A DNA stretch of 63,072 bases. It comes from Octopus bimaculoides. Lineage: Eukaryota. The stretch lies in the NCBI RefSeq assembly GCF_001194135.2, contig NC_068985.1, positions 116,821,136 through 116,884,207 on the forward strand, given 5' to 3'. Position numbers and translations under genes: made by a program. Of this stretch, positions 39,693-53,615 are shown piece after piece. Under the pieces are notes generated by a model that had not been told where the DNA came from, ran no database searches, and worked only from the letters and a program-made list of their open reading frames with translations. Numbering within the stretch: position 1 is the stretch's first letter; every line of letters starts with the position of its first letter.

Positions 39693-39939
39693 ACTTTCTT
39701 TGTCACAACGAATAATTAGAAGATCACAAATTATCAATAGTCGAAGACAACCATCTAATCTCAGGAGACTCCTAGCAAAGGTGAGTTTCACGTTTCAAAA
39801 AGAAACGAAGCAAGTAACCAACTGGGAAGACGTCAGTTGTGGGACATGCAAATTAATTGAGTGAGGGACAATCAAAAGACTCAAGAATGGGAAGGAATTA
39901 AAAGTGAATGCAAATATGAATTGCAGTACACAAAAGAAA

Positions 39940-40134
39940 GAGAGAGAGAGAAAGAAAGAAAGAGAGAAAGACAGAAATAAAGAATGATATAAAGAGAGAA
40001 AGAAAGAGAGATAGAAAGACAGAAATAAAGAATGATATATAGAGAGAAAGAAAGAGAGAGAGATAGAGAAAGACAGAGAGAAAGGAAGAGAAAGGAAGAG
40101 ACAAAGAGATAGAAAGAGGAAGAAAGAGAGAAAA

Positions 40135-40166
<32 letters not shown>

Positions 40167-40220
40167 CAGAAAGAAAGAGAGAAAGAAAGAAAGAAAGAAA
40201 AGAAGAAAGAAAGAAAGAAA

Positions 40221-40266
<46 letters not shown>

Positions 40267-40270
40267 AACG
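39940..40270. repeat. Purine-rich (AAAG)/(AG) low-complexity tract
   Basis: Direct reading; includes a duplicated GAAAGACAGAAATAAAGAATGATAT. Confidence 0.9.
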
Positions 40271-40895
40271 GAAATGCTATCAACTTCACCAGAACAAGTA
40301 CACAACATGAATATATGAATAACCACATTTTGGTGTTCTGCTTGGAGAATATTTGATTAAAACATTTTATTTCTCATCCCGTGTTCTCCTTTCTCTTCAA
40401 AAATGTAAGACTGTCGGATACGTTTGTTCTTAGATTATTCTTTGAATTTCACAGAGAATGATTTGCAAACAAAATTACTCTAATAGGAATCGTTTAATTT
40501 TTGTTCTTCTTTTTTTATTTCTAGAGTGGTGCAGAAATTGTGTGTTTCGTGTTCTTTGCTGTTAGGAGAATGGAGTTTCGTGGAAGAAAAGAATTATAAC
40601 AGATTTGGTTGAAAAAGAGAAAAGGAAGAGGAGAAAATGTATGCGTTTTGGGAGAGAGTGATTGAATAAGAAAGAGAGAGATATTGGGGAGATGGGGGGT
40701 GATCGATGGATGTGGAAGAATTTAAATGAGAAAGACGTGGATACAAGGGAAGGAAGCAGGTACGGTGCTCTTCATGTGTGCGTGTACACACATATATATA
40801 TATACATGCATACAAATGTGTGTGTGTATATATATACTTACATATATATGTACACGCATAGATGAGTGTGTATGTCTACATATATCTACATATCT

Positions 40896-40934
<39 letters not shown>

Positions 40935-42261
40935 NNNNNNNNNNNNNNNNNNNNNNNNNNNNNNNNNNNNNNNNNNNNNNNNNNNNNNNNNNNNNNNNNN
41001 NNNNNNNNNNNNNNNNNNNNNNNNNNNNNNNNNNNNNNNNNNNNNNNNNNNNNNNNNNNNNNNNNNNNNNNNNNNNNNNNNNNNNNNNNNNNNNNNNNNN
41101 NNNNNNNNNNNNNNNNNNNNNNNNNNNNNNNNNNNNNNNNNNNNNNNNNNNNNNNNNNNNNNNNNNNNNNNNNNNNNNNNNNNNNNNNNNNNNNNNNNNN
41201 NNNNNNNNNNNNNNNNNNNNNNNNNNNNNNNNNNNNNNNNNNNNNNNNNNNNNNNNNNNNNNNNNNNNNNNNNNNNNNNNNNNNNNNNNNNNNNNNNNNN
41301 NNNNNNNNNNNNNNNNNNNNNNNNNNNNNNNNNNNNNNNNNNNNNNNNNNNNNNNNNNNNNNNNNNNNNNNNNNNNNNNNNNNNNNNNNNNNNNNNNNNN
41401 NNNNNNNNNNNNNNNNNNNNNNNNNNNNNNNNNNNNNNNNNNNNNNNNNNNNNNNNNNNNNNNNNNNNNNNNNNNNNNNNNNNNNNNNNNNNNNNNNNNN
41501 NNNNNNNNNNNNNNNNNNNNNNNNNNNNNNNNNNNNNNNNNNNNNNNNNNNNNNNNNNNNNNNNNNNNNNNNNNNNNNNNNNNNNNNNNNNNNNNNNNNN
41601 NNNNNNNNNNNNNNNNNNNNNNNNNNNNNNNNNNNNNNNNNNNNNNNNNNNNNNNNNNAGGAAGAGGAGAAAATGTATGCGTTTTGGGAGAGAGTGATTG
41701 AATAAGAAAGAGAGAGATATTGGGGAGATGGGGGGTGATCGATGGATGTGGAAGAATTTAAATGAGAAAGACGTGGATACAAGGGAAGGAAGCAGGTACG
41801 GTGCTCTTCATGTGTGCGTGTACACACATATATGTATATACTTTCATCTACATGTGTATATAGATGCATATCAGGGTACAGGACGTTAGAACAATGAACT
41901 ACAGACAACGGAACGAACACATAGGAAAACAGAAAGCCACTTGAAATTATTCATCAGCTGCCTCTATTCTAACTCTATATATATAGGGAGAGAGAGAGAC
42001 AGAGAGAGACAGAGAGAAACAGAGAGAGTAATTTGTATAACGGACCGAGAGAGAAACCTAGAGACATAGAAAACTAAAATCTGTGGATGTATGTGTATAT
42101 TGTAATCTATGTATTGGTTTATGAGGGAGAAAATTACACGATGCTTGTGTGTGAAGGGAAGTTGAGGATAGCGACTTACAGACAAGTCGACACCAATACA
42201 ATGATAGAGAGTAAAGTCTGGAAGTATATGTTTGAGAATATAATTGTCTGCTTGCCGGTAA

Positions 42262-42307
<46 letters not shown>

Positions 42308-42317
42308 NNNNNNNNNN

Positions 42318-42350
<33 letters not shown>

Positions 42351-43039
42351 GAGAGAGAGATAGTGAGGGGAAGAATGAGGGAGTAACGAGAAGACTGAAA
42401 GAGGGTGTGAAGTAATGCTGCTGTAAGATAGACACAAAGGAAAGCAAATAAATAAAGGGATTGAAAATACAATGCCGAGTAGAGTACAGATAGGGAAAAT
42501 CGGATATGTCGTAGGAAGGTGTGATATACAAACACAGAGAAAGATATGTAGAAGAATGCCAGTGATGATATAGATAAATGGGAATGAAGGAAAGAAAGAA
42601 GGAATTAAACAAAGAAAGAAAGAAAGAAAGCCTGATACATCCTACTATGGAGTGGACACACTCCATAATGTAGGTCTATATCAACAATTAAACAATCATA
42701 AACGTGCCATCCATCGTTGTGAGCCACCGACATAAATTTCTATGCTGTTATCAATTGTCAAGCATTTGTGGCGTTTAGAGATGATGGGTCACGCGGTGCA
42801 AACTAAACTTGTACTTTAGCGTACACCGTACCTTTTGAACTTACGTCCCCTGATGACGTGGCTTCTAAAGTCATTATCACTTACAGTGCTGAAATGGACT
42901 GAGTTTATTCGTTGGGGTGATTGCTCATGAATGTATTCACATTACTCTACAAAATTCATTTGAACTAATAGAATTCTGGTCCTTAAACAGCAATACTACA
43001 TTTTTATAAATTTGTGAATGAGTGTCAGTATGTGAGTGA

Positions 43040-43093
<54 letters not shown>

Positions 43094-43418
43094 ACGCGTG
43101 TGTATGCGTGTGCGTGTTTGTGTGTGTGTGTGTGNNNNNNNNNNNNNNNNNNNNNNNNNNNNNNNNNNNNNNNNNNNNNNNNNNNNNNNNNNNNNNNNNN
43201 NNNNNNNNNNNNNNNNNNNNNNNNNNNNNNNNNNNNNNNNNNNNNNNNNNNNNNNNNNNNNNNNNNNNNNNNNNNNNNNNNNNNNNNNNNNNNNNNNNNN
43301 NNNNNNNNNNNNNNNNNNNNNNNNNNNNNNNNNNNNNNNNNNNNNNNNNNNNNNNNNNNNNNNNNNNNNNNNNNNNNNNNNNNNNNNNNNNNNNNNNNNN
43401 NNNNNNNNNNNNNNNNNN

Positions 43419-43462
<44 letters not shown>

Positions 43463-43471
43463 ATGCACACA

Positions 43472-44860
43472 CAGTGAAGGAAAAAAGTATTTGATACCCT
43501 GCTGAGTTTTAAAATTTACCTATTTGAATTAATGCAAATATAATAACTTTATAGCAGTACACTTTTACAAACCTTTTAGTTAATATTACGACCTAAATAA
43601 CAGGTAAAATAATATAGCTTAGCAGTTACACACGAATTTGAAAAACGCTATGAGAAATAAGTATTTAATACATTGACAAGAGATCAATTTGATCAAATAT
43701 AGGAATATTTATTCAAAGTAAATATACAATATCAATATATTCGATGAAATCTAACTTAACAAATCTAATTATATACTGTATTTAAAATAATTTTGTTTCT
43801 TTCAGAGTATTTAACAAATTAAATCAATTACATTCATCATCACCAAAGAGTTGTCTAAAGATCGTAGAGACCATATCATTAGGCTGCAAAAGGCTGGATT
43901 TGGCTATCGGAAGATATGTCAACAACTGGAAGAGAACTTAACAACTGTAGCTGCTATTGTACGTAAATGGAAAACAGATAAGATCAGTATGAATCATCAT
44001 CGATGTGGAGCACCCTGTAAAACATCCCCTCGTGCAAGAACACATTTATTAAGTACCGTCCAGGACAACCCTAGAACTACTCTAGAAGAGCTTAGGAATG
44101 ACCTCAAAACTGTAGGAACATCAGCCACCAAAAAACAATTGGAAACACTCCGCCGAGCCTGCTTAAAATGATGCTGTACTCGAAAAGTCCCTCTGCTAAG
44201 GAAAACCGCATTAAGGCTCGATTAAAATTTGCTAAGCTAATGATCACCTAAATGACTCTGAAGAAGATTGGATGAATGTACTTTGGTCTGATGAGACAAA
44301 AATCGAGCTTTTTGGAATAAATAGTAATCGTAGGGTCTGAAAAAAAAAGAATGAGGTTTACAAATAACCCCGTTCCTACTGTGAAGCACGGGGGTGGGAG
44401 TATAGAGTTATTTGGCTATTTCTCTGCCAATAGAACAGGGCGACTGCGCCGTATCACTGGGAAAATGGATGGGTCGATGTATCGGCAGATTTTAAATGAA
44501 AACCTTCTAGCTTCATCCAGATTACCAACGATGAAACGAGGTTGGATATTTCAACAGGACCCAAAGTATACAGCTAAAACTGCCAAAGAATGGTTCAAAG
44601 ACAAGCACATTAATGTTATGTAGTGGCCTGGTCAGTCTCCAGATTTAACTCAATAGTGGATCTTTGGAGAGAACTGAAACTTAGGTGATCCAAGCGACAG
44701 CCCAGGACTCTTAATGAATTGGAAAAAATTTGCTTGGAAGAGTGGAAAAACGCCTTACTGCTGTGATAGCTGGCAATGGTTGGTCGACTAAATATTAAAT
44801 GGTTTTCATTAAGCATCATACACTTTTTTCTCTTGGTAAATCAATTTATTTATTTATTTA
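43472..44860 (+). mobile_element. Tc1 (DD34E, IR/DR-type) transposon, pseudogenised; left TIR present, right outer TIR not found
   Basis: Left end CAGTGAAGGAAAAAAGTATTTGATACCCTGCTGA; inner DR GAAATAAGTATTT; transposase relic 43836-44798 with TKELSKD, GYRKI, GAPCK, WSDETKIELFG, TVKHGGGSI, WPGQSPDL, KRLTAVIAGNGWSTKY*. Confidence 0.95.
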
Positions 44861-44993
44861 AACTATTAATTAAGTACTATGTTATTTGACATGTTTGTAA
44901 AATGTGTTTAATTTTTGTGATAATTATAATATGTATGCAATTTTATTCCTTACCCTTATCCAAATTAATAAACTTGGAAATTTAGAGACAGAC

Positions 44994-45027
<34 letters not shown>

Positions 45028-45057
45028 GAATATATGTGTAAGTATCTATATGTCAAC

Positions 45058-45249
45058 ACCACAACTTGACAAACGATGTTGGTGTTTTTATGTCCCTGTA
45101 ACGTAGCGGTTCGACCAAAGAGATCGATAGAATAAGCACCAGACTTAAAAAGATTAAGTCCAGGGGTCGATGTATTTGAATAAAAGGCGGTGCTCCAGCA
45201 TGGCCACAGTCAAATGTCTGAAACAAGTAAAGGAATAAAAGAATAAAAG

Positions 45250-45250
<1 letters not shown>
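45058..45250 (+). mobile_element. SINE (OR-like family), 3' half
   Basis: CTTGACAAACGATGTTGGTG..GTAACGTAGCGGTTCG..GGCGGTGCTCCAGCATGGCCACAGTCAAATG..GAATAAAAGA. Confidence 0.9.
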
Positions 45251-45288
<38 letters not shown>

Positions 45289-45745
45289 ATTTGACATTAT
45301 GTATGTTTATGTCTATGTATGCGAGGGCAATCATTTCATTATGATGGATGGTTTTTCTTCCTTTCTGTATGGAGACAATACAAATATACATATGCAACAC
45401 ATATCAATGAAAACAGTTTTGTGTATTCAATTCTTTCTCTCACTTGTTGACTTATAGTATTCATTTACCTCGTCTGCTGAAAATTCTAAGATATTGAGTT
45501 TCTCTTAAAAACTGCTTAATCTCAAGAGACTGATTTATTATTTATATCATCAACACCTAACGATATGTATTTTCGAAATAGAATCTGCTTCGTCTCCTGT
45601 AAATTTACAAATTTCAAATTCGATTGTTATCTACAAGTGCGCTAGCGATCCGTGACCGAACGAAACGCGAGGAAACAAGATAGGTTTAACAGCGTCGATT
45701 CGAAAACTTTTTAATTCGTACGAAATCGAAGCAAATATATTTTCT

Positions 45746-45793
<48 letters not shown>

Positions 45794-45850
45794 ACGTGTG
45801 TGTATATATATATGCATGTATGTATCTATGAATGTATGTATGTATGTATA

Positions 45851-47000
45851 CAGGGTGCGTAAGATATTTGAGGAAGATTTGTGTTTATAAAAAATAAACA
45901 TATAAAAACAGATAACTTTAAAAAAAAAACATCAAAAAATGCTATGACGATAAAAAATAAACCTTCTTTTCTATAATGTTATTCAATAAAGCCAACTTCA
46001 GATTCAACAACTGCTTCTATATGAGATGCTCGAATCAAGTGGTCCTAGTTCATTCTGGACACTACTCTGACTATGGCAGCTTTCAAAGAATTTTTGGAGT
46101 TATGGGCGTGTTCATTGATCTCTCTTTCAACAACGCTCCACATGTAATAGTCCAATGGATTGAGATCTGGGGAATTAGGAGGCAAATGTTATGTGATCAT
46201 GAAAATTTTGAGCTATCCATTCCTGTGTTACTAGAGCCATGTGTGATAGTGCAGTGTCTTACTGAAACTCATATGGCTTTCCATTGCATACACTGTCTAT
46301 CGAGGGCTTAACATTTATTTCCAGGACCTCAATGTAGGCGGCAGATTTAACTCTAAGGCCTTGTAGAAAGAAATAAGGAGGCATCACATGTCTTTCATTG
46401 CTGGCAACCTCTAAAACAATGGCAGTGGCAGGAAATTTCAGAAGGGTCTGCACATAACTGTCATTTATTCTGTTAACTTTTTGATCTTGGTCGAAGTTCT
46501 CGTTTGAAGAAAACCTAATCAGATCTTCTTCTGCTGCATTTTTCAGCTTGTTTTAGACCTGCTTTAGAGCCTTTTAGATCTGATGTACTTACTTTCTCTT
46601 GCTTTTTCTGGCAAATTGACCTTTCCTCGTCATATATGATTTATTAACTGATGTCCTTGTGGACACTTATGACTGTTTCTTCTGACACAGGGAGATCTTT
46701 TGCAATTAACATAATGAACTTTCTGGGATTGTAATCAATGGTCTGTTGAACTTGCTGGATAAATTCAGGTGTTCTGGCGATTTCAGAGCGTTTAGAATGT
46801 AGTTTATACTTTGATGCTGGTGATACGTTTCTATCTTCAGTGTCTAGCTCCTTACAAACTTTGTAGACCACAGATCTGGCAACTATTAAAACTCGAGATA
46901 TTTCTAAATCACAATGCTCAACCTTTATAACCACAATAACAGCTTGCCTCTTCATTTCTTGAGTAAATTGAGGCTCTGCAATTATTATTTTCTGAAACAA
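45851..47000 (-). mobile_element. maT (DD37D-like) transposon, pseudogenised (coding relic 45979-46955)
   Basis: TA+CAGGGTG terminus at 45849-45857; MKRQAVIV, RTPEFIQQVQQ, KFPAT, VMPPYFFLQGLRV, WIAQNF, PPNSPDLNPLDYYMWSVVE. Confidence 0.9.
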
Positions 47001-47149
47001 AGATTATACAATGTTAGCAAAAAATGCAGCATTGACCCGAAAAGGTATGTCTTCAAACCAAGGTTATTTTATATGTATACTCACTGCTCAATCGTACATG
47101 ATGAAAATTTAGCAAATAGGCTCCGGTCTGCTTAATATGGAGTGGACCA

Positions 47150-47323
47150 AAGGCGGCGAGCTGGAAGAATCAATAGAACACCAGGCGAAATGCATTTCGA
47201 ATTTACCTTTCATCCTTTTGGGATCGATAAATTAATTACCAGTTGCGTACTGGGGTCGGTCTACTTGAGTATCCACCCCGTCACTCTCAAAATATTTCGT
47301 GCCTTGTGCCTAGAGTAAAAAAG
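47150..47323 (+). mobile_element. SINE (OK-like family, tail b, internally deleted) with a 16-bp TSD
   Basis: Flanks AATATGGAGTGGACCA (47134-47149) and AATATGGAGTGCACCA (47324-47339). Confidence 0.92.
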
Positions 47324-47469
47324 AATATGGAGTGCACCATGTAACAAAAATGATTCAGTGAAATAAACTTATAATGAGAAGAAACATATTTACCCTTAAT
47401 GATAATTCGGATGAAGAGAGACAGAGGTAAAAACTCAGTATTAAGAATTGATTCAAGACATTAAAAGGT

Positions 47470-47840
47470 TTATTTAGAAGGCGGCCAGCGATTAGAACCG
47501 TTAGTACGGTGGATAAAATACTTAGCGGTATTTTGTCGGCCTTTATGTTCTAAATTCAAATTCTACCTAGATCGACTTCGCTTTGTATTCTTGTGGGGTG
47601 GGGGTCGATAAACTAAATCCCAGTCATATAAACAACTTGATACCAATAACTACTCACCGTGTTCCAAAATTTGAAGTTATTATTATTGTTGCTGCTGTTG
47701 TACGAATGTCACCACAGTCGATTTTGCCTTTCATTCTATCGGTGTTGATAAATTAAGTTCCACTTAAGTTCTGAGGTCGGTGTAATCAACTTCTTACACC
47801 GATCAAAATCTTTTGGTTCGATGCCAGAATCTGAAACCAT
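47470..47840 (+). mobile_element. Two older OK-like SINE relics
   Basis: GGCGGCCAGCG..TTAGCGGTATTT..TTCAAATTC and GTCGATTTTGCCTTTCATTC..GATAAATTAAG. Confidence 0.65.
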
Positions 47841-49086
47841 TATTAGAGTTGTTTAGATTAGATGTTTTCTTATTCATTTCTTACAAGACCTTAGAACCTT
47901 AGAATTAGTGAGGGAAGAATAACTCTGAAGAAAAATAAAAAAAATATTTGGCAATTTAAAATGGTGCAGGAAAATTTTACCAGAGATATTTACTTCATGG
48001 TGAACCAGAATGAAAGCATTGAGCGCAGCTGAACGGATGCTAGCTTTATGGCATAGCTGACCTGACATTGAACATGTGTTGGCAGTACTTTTTGACACTG
48101 AAGATACACGCTCACACGTTCGCTCAGAATTATATAAACACAGAGAGACAGTGAGATGTTGGGAGGGAATGAGAGACAAGGAGGGTAAGAGAAATATTAC
48201 ATACATAGATGTTCGAACGCATAAATATAGATAAAGAAAGAGAGATAAATAGAGAGAAAGCGAGAGAGAGGATGAGAGAATAAAAACATGAAAATTACTG
48301 GTGTCAAATACGTCAGTGTCGAATCATCTAGGCCATATAAGCATCGCCAAAACGGCTCTACCAAAGAATTCTCATATCCGTGTAAATTACAGTTCTGCGT
48401 CGACTACCACATGTAATATTTTAATCAATTAATGTTTTGATCAATTAATAATATAATTGCAGTCGTAATAAACATAGATTTTAGATTTCACGAAAATGCT
48501 CGTTTAATTAAATGAGGAAAGATAAATACATACTACAAAATGATAAAGAATTATTATTGGAATGTATTTAGGAGCATGTCATGAATTTTTTCCATCATGT
48601 TAGCCATCTCGAACACGTGACAGTCATAAGCTTTTATCTCTACCATACAATTGTTTAGCATTATTAAGAGGATAATAATTTCGAGTGAAAACCTTAAGAT
48701 ATCTCATTTATAGTGGTGAAACTTAATAGGGGTATATTCTTAAAGTACAAATAACTAATTCTAAATTTAATTAAGGGGCATTATTTTTCTACATTTTCAA
48801 AATGATTTACATATATAAATTCATTAATTGTAGTGCATGTGTTTTTGTGCCCGTTTTCGAAATATTTAAACATTATCACATCTACATTTCTCTCATAAAT
48901 TTGTATTTTTAGGAACCGATCGAGAATCGAACGCAAAACGCATTTTATGAATTTAAACTAAATGTAAAGCATGTCAACAAAACATACAAACTTCAATAAA
49001 TCATCGGACATCACACATTCTTGCAAATGCACAAATACACACCTATATGCATATAGGGTGCATATGCATTATATATATATATATAT

Positions 49087-49127
<41 letters not shown>

Positions 49128-50435
49128 NNNNNNNNNNNNNNNNNNNNNNNNNNNNNNNNNNNNNNNNNNNNNNNNNNNNNNNNNNNNNNNNNNNNNNNNN
49201 NNNNNNNNNNNNNNNNNNNNNNNNNNNNNNNNNNNNNNNNNNNNNNNNNNNNNNNNNNNNNNNNNNNNNNNNNNNNNNNNNNNNNNNNNNNNNNNNNNNN
49301 NNNNNNNNNNNNNNNNNNNNNNNNNNNNNNNNNNNNNNNNNNNNNNNNNNNNNNNNNNNNNNNNNNNNNNNNNNNNNNNNNNNNNNNNNNNNNNNNNNNN
49401 NNNNNNNNNNNNNNNNNNNNNNNNNNNNNNNNNNNNNNNNNNNNNNNNNNNNNNNNNNNNNNNNNNNNNNNNNNNNNNNNNNNNNNNNNNNNNNNNNNNN
49501 NNNNNNNNNNNNNNNNNNNNNNNNNNNNNNNNNNNNNNNNNNNNNNNNNNNNNNNNNNNNNNNNNNNNNNNNNNNNNNNNNNNNNNNNNNNNNNNNNNNN
49601 NNNNNNNNNNNNNNNNNNNNNNNNNNNNNNNNNNNNNNNNNNNNNNNNNNNNNNNNNNNNNNNNNNNNNNNNNNNNNNNNNNNNNNNNNNNNNNNNNNNN
49701 NNNNNNNNNNNNNNNNNNNNNNNNNNNNNNNNNNNNNNNNNNNNNNNNNNNNNNNNNNNNNNNNNNNNNNNNNNNNNNNNNNNNATATATATCTTGTTAT
49801 CGATCCATTTCTGTATCTATTTATATATCCATTTACCTATTTATCTATCTATTTTATGTCCTTCAGGTATTGACAGTGCAGCTCAGATTCGAATTTACTA
49901 TTTGTTTTCGTCATATTTCCCTTACAAGTGGAAATTGCAAGCAAGACTAAGAAGTGTAATCCAATACGGCCAGGCTGTTTAGAGTGAGATGTTAACGAAT
50001 TTCTCTTCATGAACCATCAGCATGATCCTGCCATTTCAGAGTCTATTAACCTGATGTATTTTGTTGATTCTTATTTCTGCGTAAAAGCGATGTCTACACA
50101 TTATCAATAGCTATGAAAATATCTTGTACAGATATTTGTTACTTAGTAATTTGTTGGTGGGTTCTTCTCTTATTTATAGATTATTTTATTCTTCTTTCTT
50201 GTAAATTTATTTCTTTGTCATAGGGATCTCTTTCTATTTGGCTTTAGATCATTTTTCTCTTTGTATTGTTAGATTTTATTTAATTCTTTTTTAAAATTCT
50301 GTTCGAGACTAAATATTGCGTTTCTTTGTTGTTTTGGGAATCGAGATGATGATAAAGATCTGAGACACGAGGGAATTCGTCCTCACACACTTGTACAAAA
50401 ATGCTCGCACGCACACACACGCGCGGAAGCGCACG

Positions 50436-50480
<45 letters not shown>

Positions 50481-50929
50481 CATGAATAATAGGAGTGTCT
50501 ATGATTGAAGTGGATAGCCATGGAATCCACTATGTCTTGAAATTGAAGATACGTTGCATAACATGACGGCACCGTTACGATTCAGTTAGTCGTTGAAGGC
50601 ATGCTTTCATATATACATGTATGTATATATACTTATGCAAGCAGACACATTTATATATTTTTATGTAAGTATAGGTGTGTGTGTGGGGGTGTGTGTATGT
50701 GCATGCTTTAGTGTGTATATTTGTATTCCGTCTTGAAATTAAATGTTTATAAGTTCTATGAATAATTTTTTCAAAGGGAATCTGACAGATAAAAAAGCAG
50801 GTCGGTTTAATCGCTAACACAATTAGTCGCGTAAACAAAGAGGTAAGGGTACGAGTCCCACGCATAGAGGAAAACCTACCTTTTTCAGTCGAGGGCTTAT
50901 ATGCCCAATTATTAGGCTATTTTTTAAAT

Positions 50930-51158
50930 TTCTTTATTGCCCACAAGGGGCTAACCGTAGTGGGGACAAACAAGGACAGACAAAGGGATTAAGTCGATTA
51001 CATCGATCCCAGTGCGTAAATGGTACTTAATTTATCGATCTCGAAAGGATGGAGAGCAATGTCGACCTCGACGGAATTGAACTAAGAACGCAACGGCAGA
51101 CGGAATACCGGCAAGCATTTCGCCCAGCGTGCTAACGATTCTGCCAGCTCGCCGCCTT
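50930..51158 (-). mobile_element. SINE (OK-like family, tail a), full length
   Basis: Collinear with 26692-26923 and 56125-56349. Confidence 0.92.
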
Positions 51159-51270
51159 GTTACGCTATTTTCTTTAGTCATTACGTGGTGATCGCTATAA
51201 GTTTTAAGCTTATAAAATATTATTATTCACACAATTGTAAAGATCGACACTGCTTAACAAAACCATTCGC

Positions 51271-51325
<55 letters not shown>

Positions 51326-51427
51326 TGTGTGTATGTGGGTGTGTGTGTATGTGTGTATCCGTGTGTCCGTGTGTCTGTGTGTGTTTATAACTACTGCTGA
51401 CTTTGGTATCTATACATATAACAATGT

Positions 51428-51810
51428 AGGCGCAGGCATGATTGTGTGTGCTTACAAACAACGGAGTTCAGGGTTCACCTTGGACAAGTGTTTCTACTAT
51501 AACCTTTTGCCTGATCATAACTTTGTTAGTGGATTTGTTTGACGGAAATTGAGAGAAGCTCGTCGCATATATTTATATATACGTGTGTGTGTGACTTTCT
51601 GTATGTGTTTGTATAAACCACCACCACTTGACAGCCAGTTTTTCGTTTGCTTAAGTCCCGGTAACATATCAGTTTGGCCAAATATATTCCTAGAATATGA
51701 ACCAAGATTTACAAAAGTTACTAAGTTCTAAGGTCGATAAATTCGATTAATTTTTTTTTCAATGTGGTATACGAGCATGGCTGCAGTGTAATGAATGAAA
51801 CAAATAAAAG
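51428..51810 (+). mobile_element. SINE (OR-like family), old diverged copy
   Basis: AGGCGCAGGCATG head, CCTTGGACAAGTG, GTGGATTTG..GACGGAAATTGAGAGAAG, tail GAGCATGGCTGCAG..GAAACAAATAAAAG. Confidence 0.72.
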
Positions 51811-51824
51811 TGTAAAGATAACTA

Positions 51825-52245
51825 CCGTAAATCCTCGAGTATAATACGCACTTTTCTCCACAAATTTAAAGGTCAAAATTTCTAGTGCGTGCTATATACG
51901 AGGTTAAAAATGAAAAATATTTTCTAAGCAAAATTTTCTAAGTGATAAATATGTAAAGGCAATTTACTTAGTATTTATTTTTCACTGACATTATTACTGT
52001 TATTTCTTTATTTTCTGCAAAGTGCACAAAAAAGCTACATGTTTGCATTATGTTATATATACAGTAATAATAAAGGACGTTACCGTATCTACGTTTACAA
52101 ACCGAGGACGATATATAGACCTCTTTGACTCAAGTAAGAGAAGGGGTGCGTATTATACACAAGGTTTAGGTTTTTCAGAGGTACAGCCCCCTCAAAATCC
52201 CCTGCGTATTACACTCAAGGGCGGACTATACTCGAGGATTTACTG
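51825..52245. mobile_element. pogo/Tigger-like (Tc1/mariner superfamily) MITE with TA TSD
   Basis: TA|CCGTAAATCCTCGAGTATA ... TATACTCGAGGATTTACTG|TA (18/19 TIR match); several internal TGCGTATTA.AC-like motifs. Confidence 0.9.
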
Positions 52246-53444
52246 TACTTATAAGTTATAGGTTTTACAGAACTTTCGTATACTTTATACAAAGTAGCGC
52301 ATTGCATTAACTTTGTATATCTTTCTTATAATGAAATAAGGTTCTCTGTTGAATAAAATATGTTCTTCAAAACCATGTATTTCGTCTCTCTTCATTCTAT
52401 ATTCATTTTTAGTTAGTGTTTGCATCTCTGCGCATTATGAAAGTTAACAGTAACTTCATTTGCATTTTTCCTTGAAAAGTCTCTTTGAGTTAATTATATT
52501 TTATTAAATACATGAACCTGCAATGTAGTTGTCTTTGCAATTCCTGTGTGTGAAAGACAGTGACAGAGAGAATGTGTGTGTGTATGCGTGCGGAAATGTG
52601 TTGTTTGCGTGTTTATTGCGTGTTTGTGCGTGTGTACGTGTGCGTGTGTGTGTGTATGCATGTTTGTGTATGAGTGTGTGTATGAGGTTGTGAGTGTAAG
52701 TTTGTGCTGTTCTTTTACTCTGTTCATTAAGAGATCGTTTTCTCTTTGTTATGTGATAGCAACAGTTTAGAGATTCTTTCAGTAGCTGCGCATAAACAAC
52801 TTCACTTCAAACCATTCATATCATTTTAACATGTCATCACAAGTCTGACTATCTGCTTAAGCAGGAAATGTTAGTTGGCCTGGATAACAATGCAGAGCCC
52901 ATAAACGCCACCGCAATGATACAGTTATTCTGATAGCGATGCAGCTTTGTTAAACACACACACGCACATGCACACACACACACACATATTGACATATATG
53001 GAAAAGTATAAATGTGTGTGACTTATATGCATTTATTCATGGCATCGGCAGGGTAATTTTAAAAGAAAGTAGCCCATCTATACTGAAATGCAAATGTATT
53101 CATAATACGATCCTCTACAGAGAACAGTTTCACCTTTCGGATGATGTTAGCTCAAAACACATTCAATTCATCGAGGTAAAGAAACTTCGAGACAACGCAG
53201 TGTTTTGATTCCACCTGGTTATTACTAACCTTGTGCCAAAATGTGATGCCAAAATTAGGCAAGCAATACTTTGGTGCTGTCCAGAAGGGTTGTTAACATG
53301 AAATAACGGTCATCATTTATATAAATAATGCTGAAGATCAATGAGCTTTATTGAATATAATTGAAGATTGTTTATACCTTTCGTGTGGTATTCGAGGTAC
53401 ATTAGTTTTACTCTCTTAAAAATAAGCTGCAATAATATTACACT

Positions 53445-53615
53445 TCGTTTAAGGCAGCGAATCGGTTGAATCGTTAACGCATCGAACGAAATGCTTCGCG
53501 GCACTTTTTCTGACTTTACGTTTTGAGATAAAATAACTACCACTGAGCACAAGGATCGATGTAATCGACGTACCACCCCAGCTCCGGAAATTGCTGGTCT
53601 TGTGCCAACATATGA
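53445..53615 (+). mobile_element. SINE (OK-like family, tail c), diverged
   Basis: TAAGGCAGCGAATCGG..ATCGTTAACGC..GAAATGCTT..; GATCGATGTAATCGAC; AATTGCTGGTCTTGTGCCAA. Confidence 0.72.

Noticed and set aside
40623-41833. Identical 175-bp direct repeat (40623-40797 and 41659-41833)
   Set aside because: The second copy starts exactly at the edge of the 40935-41658 gap; most likely a contig-overlap or haplotype artefact around a microsatellite.
42845-42900. CTGATGA...GAAA hammerhead-like core
   Set aside because: No stem II can form between the core elements (C and T at the closing positions) and no stem III/UH is evident.
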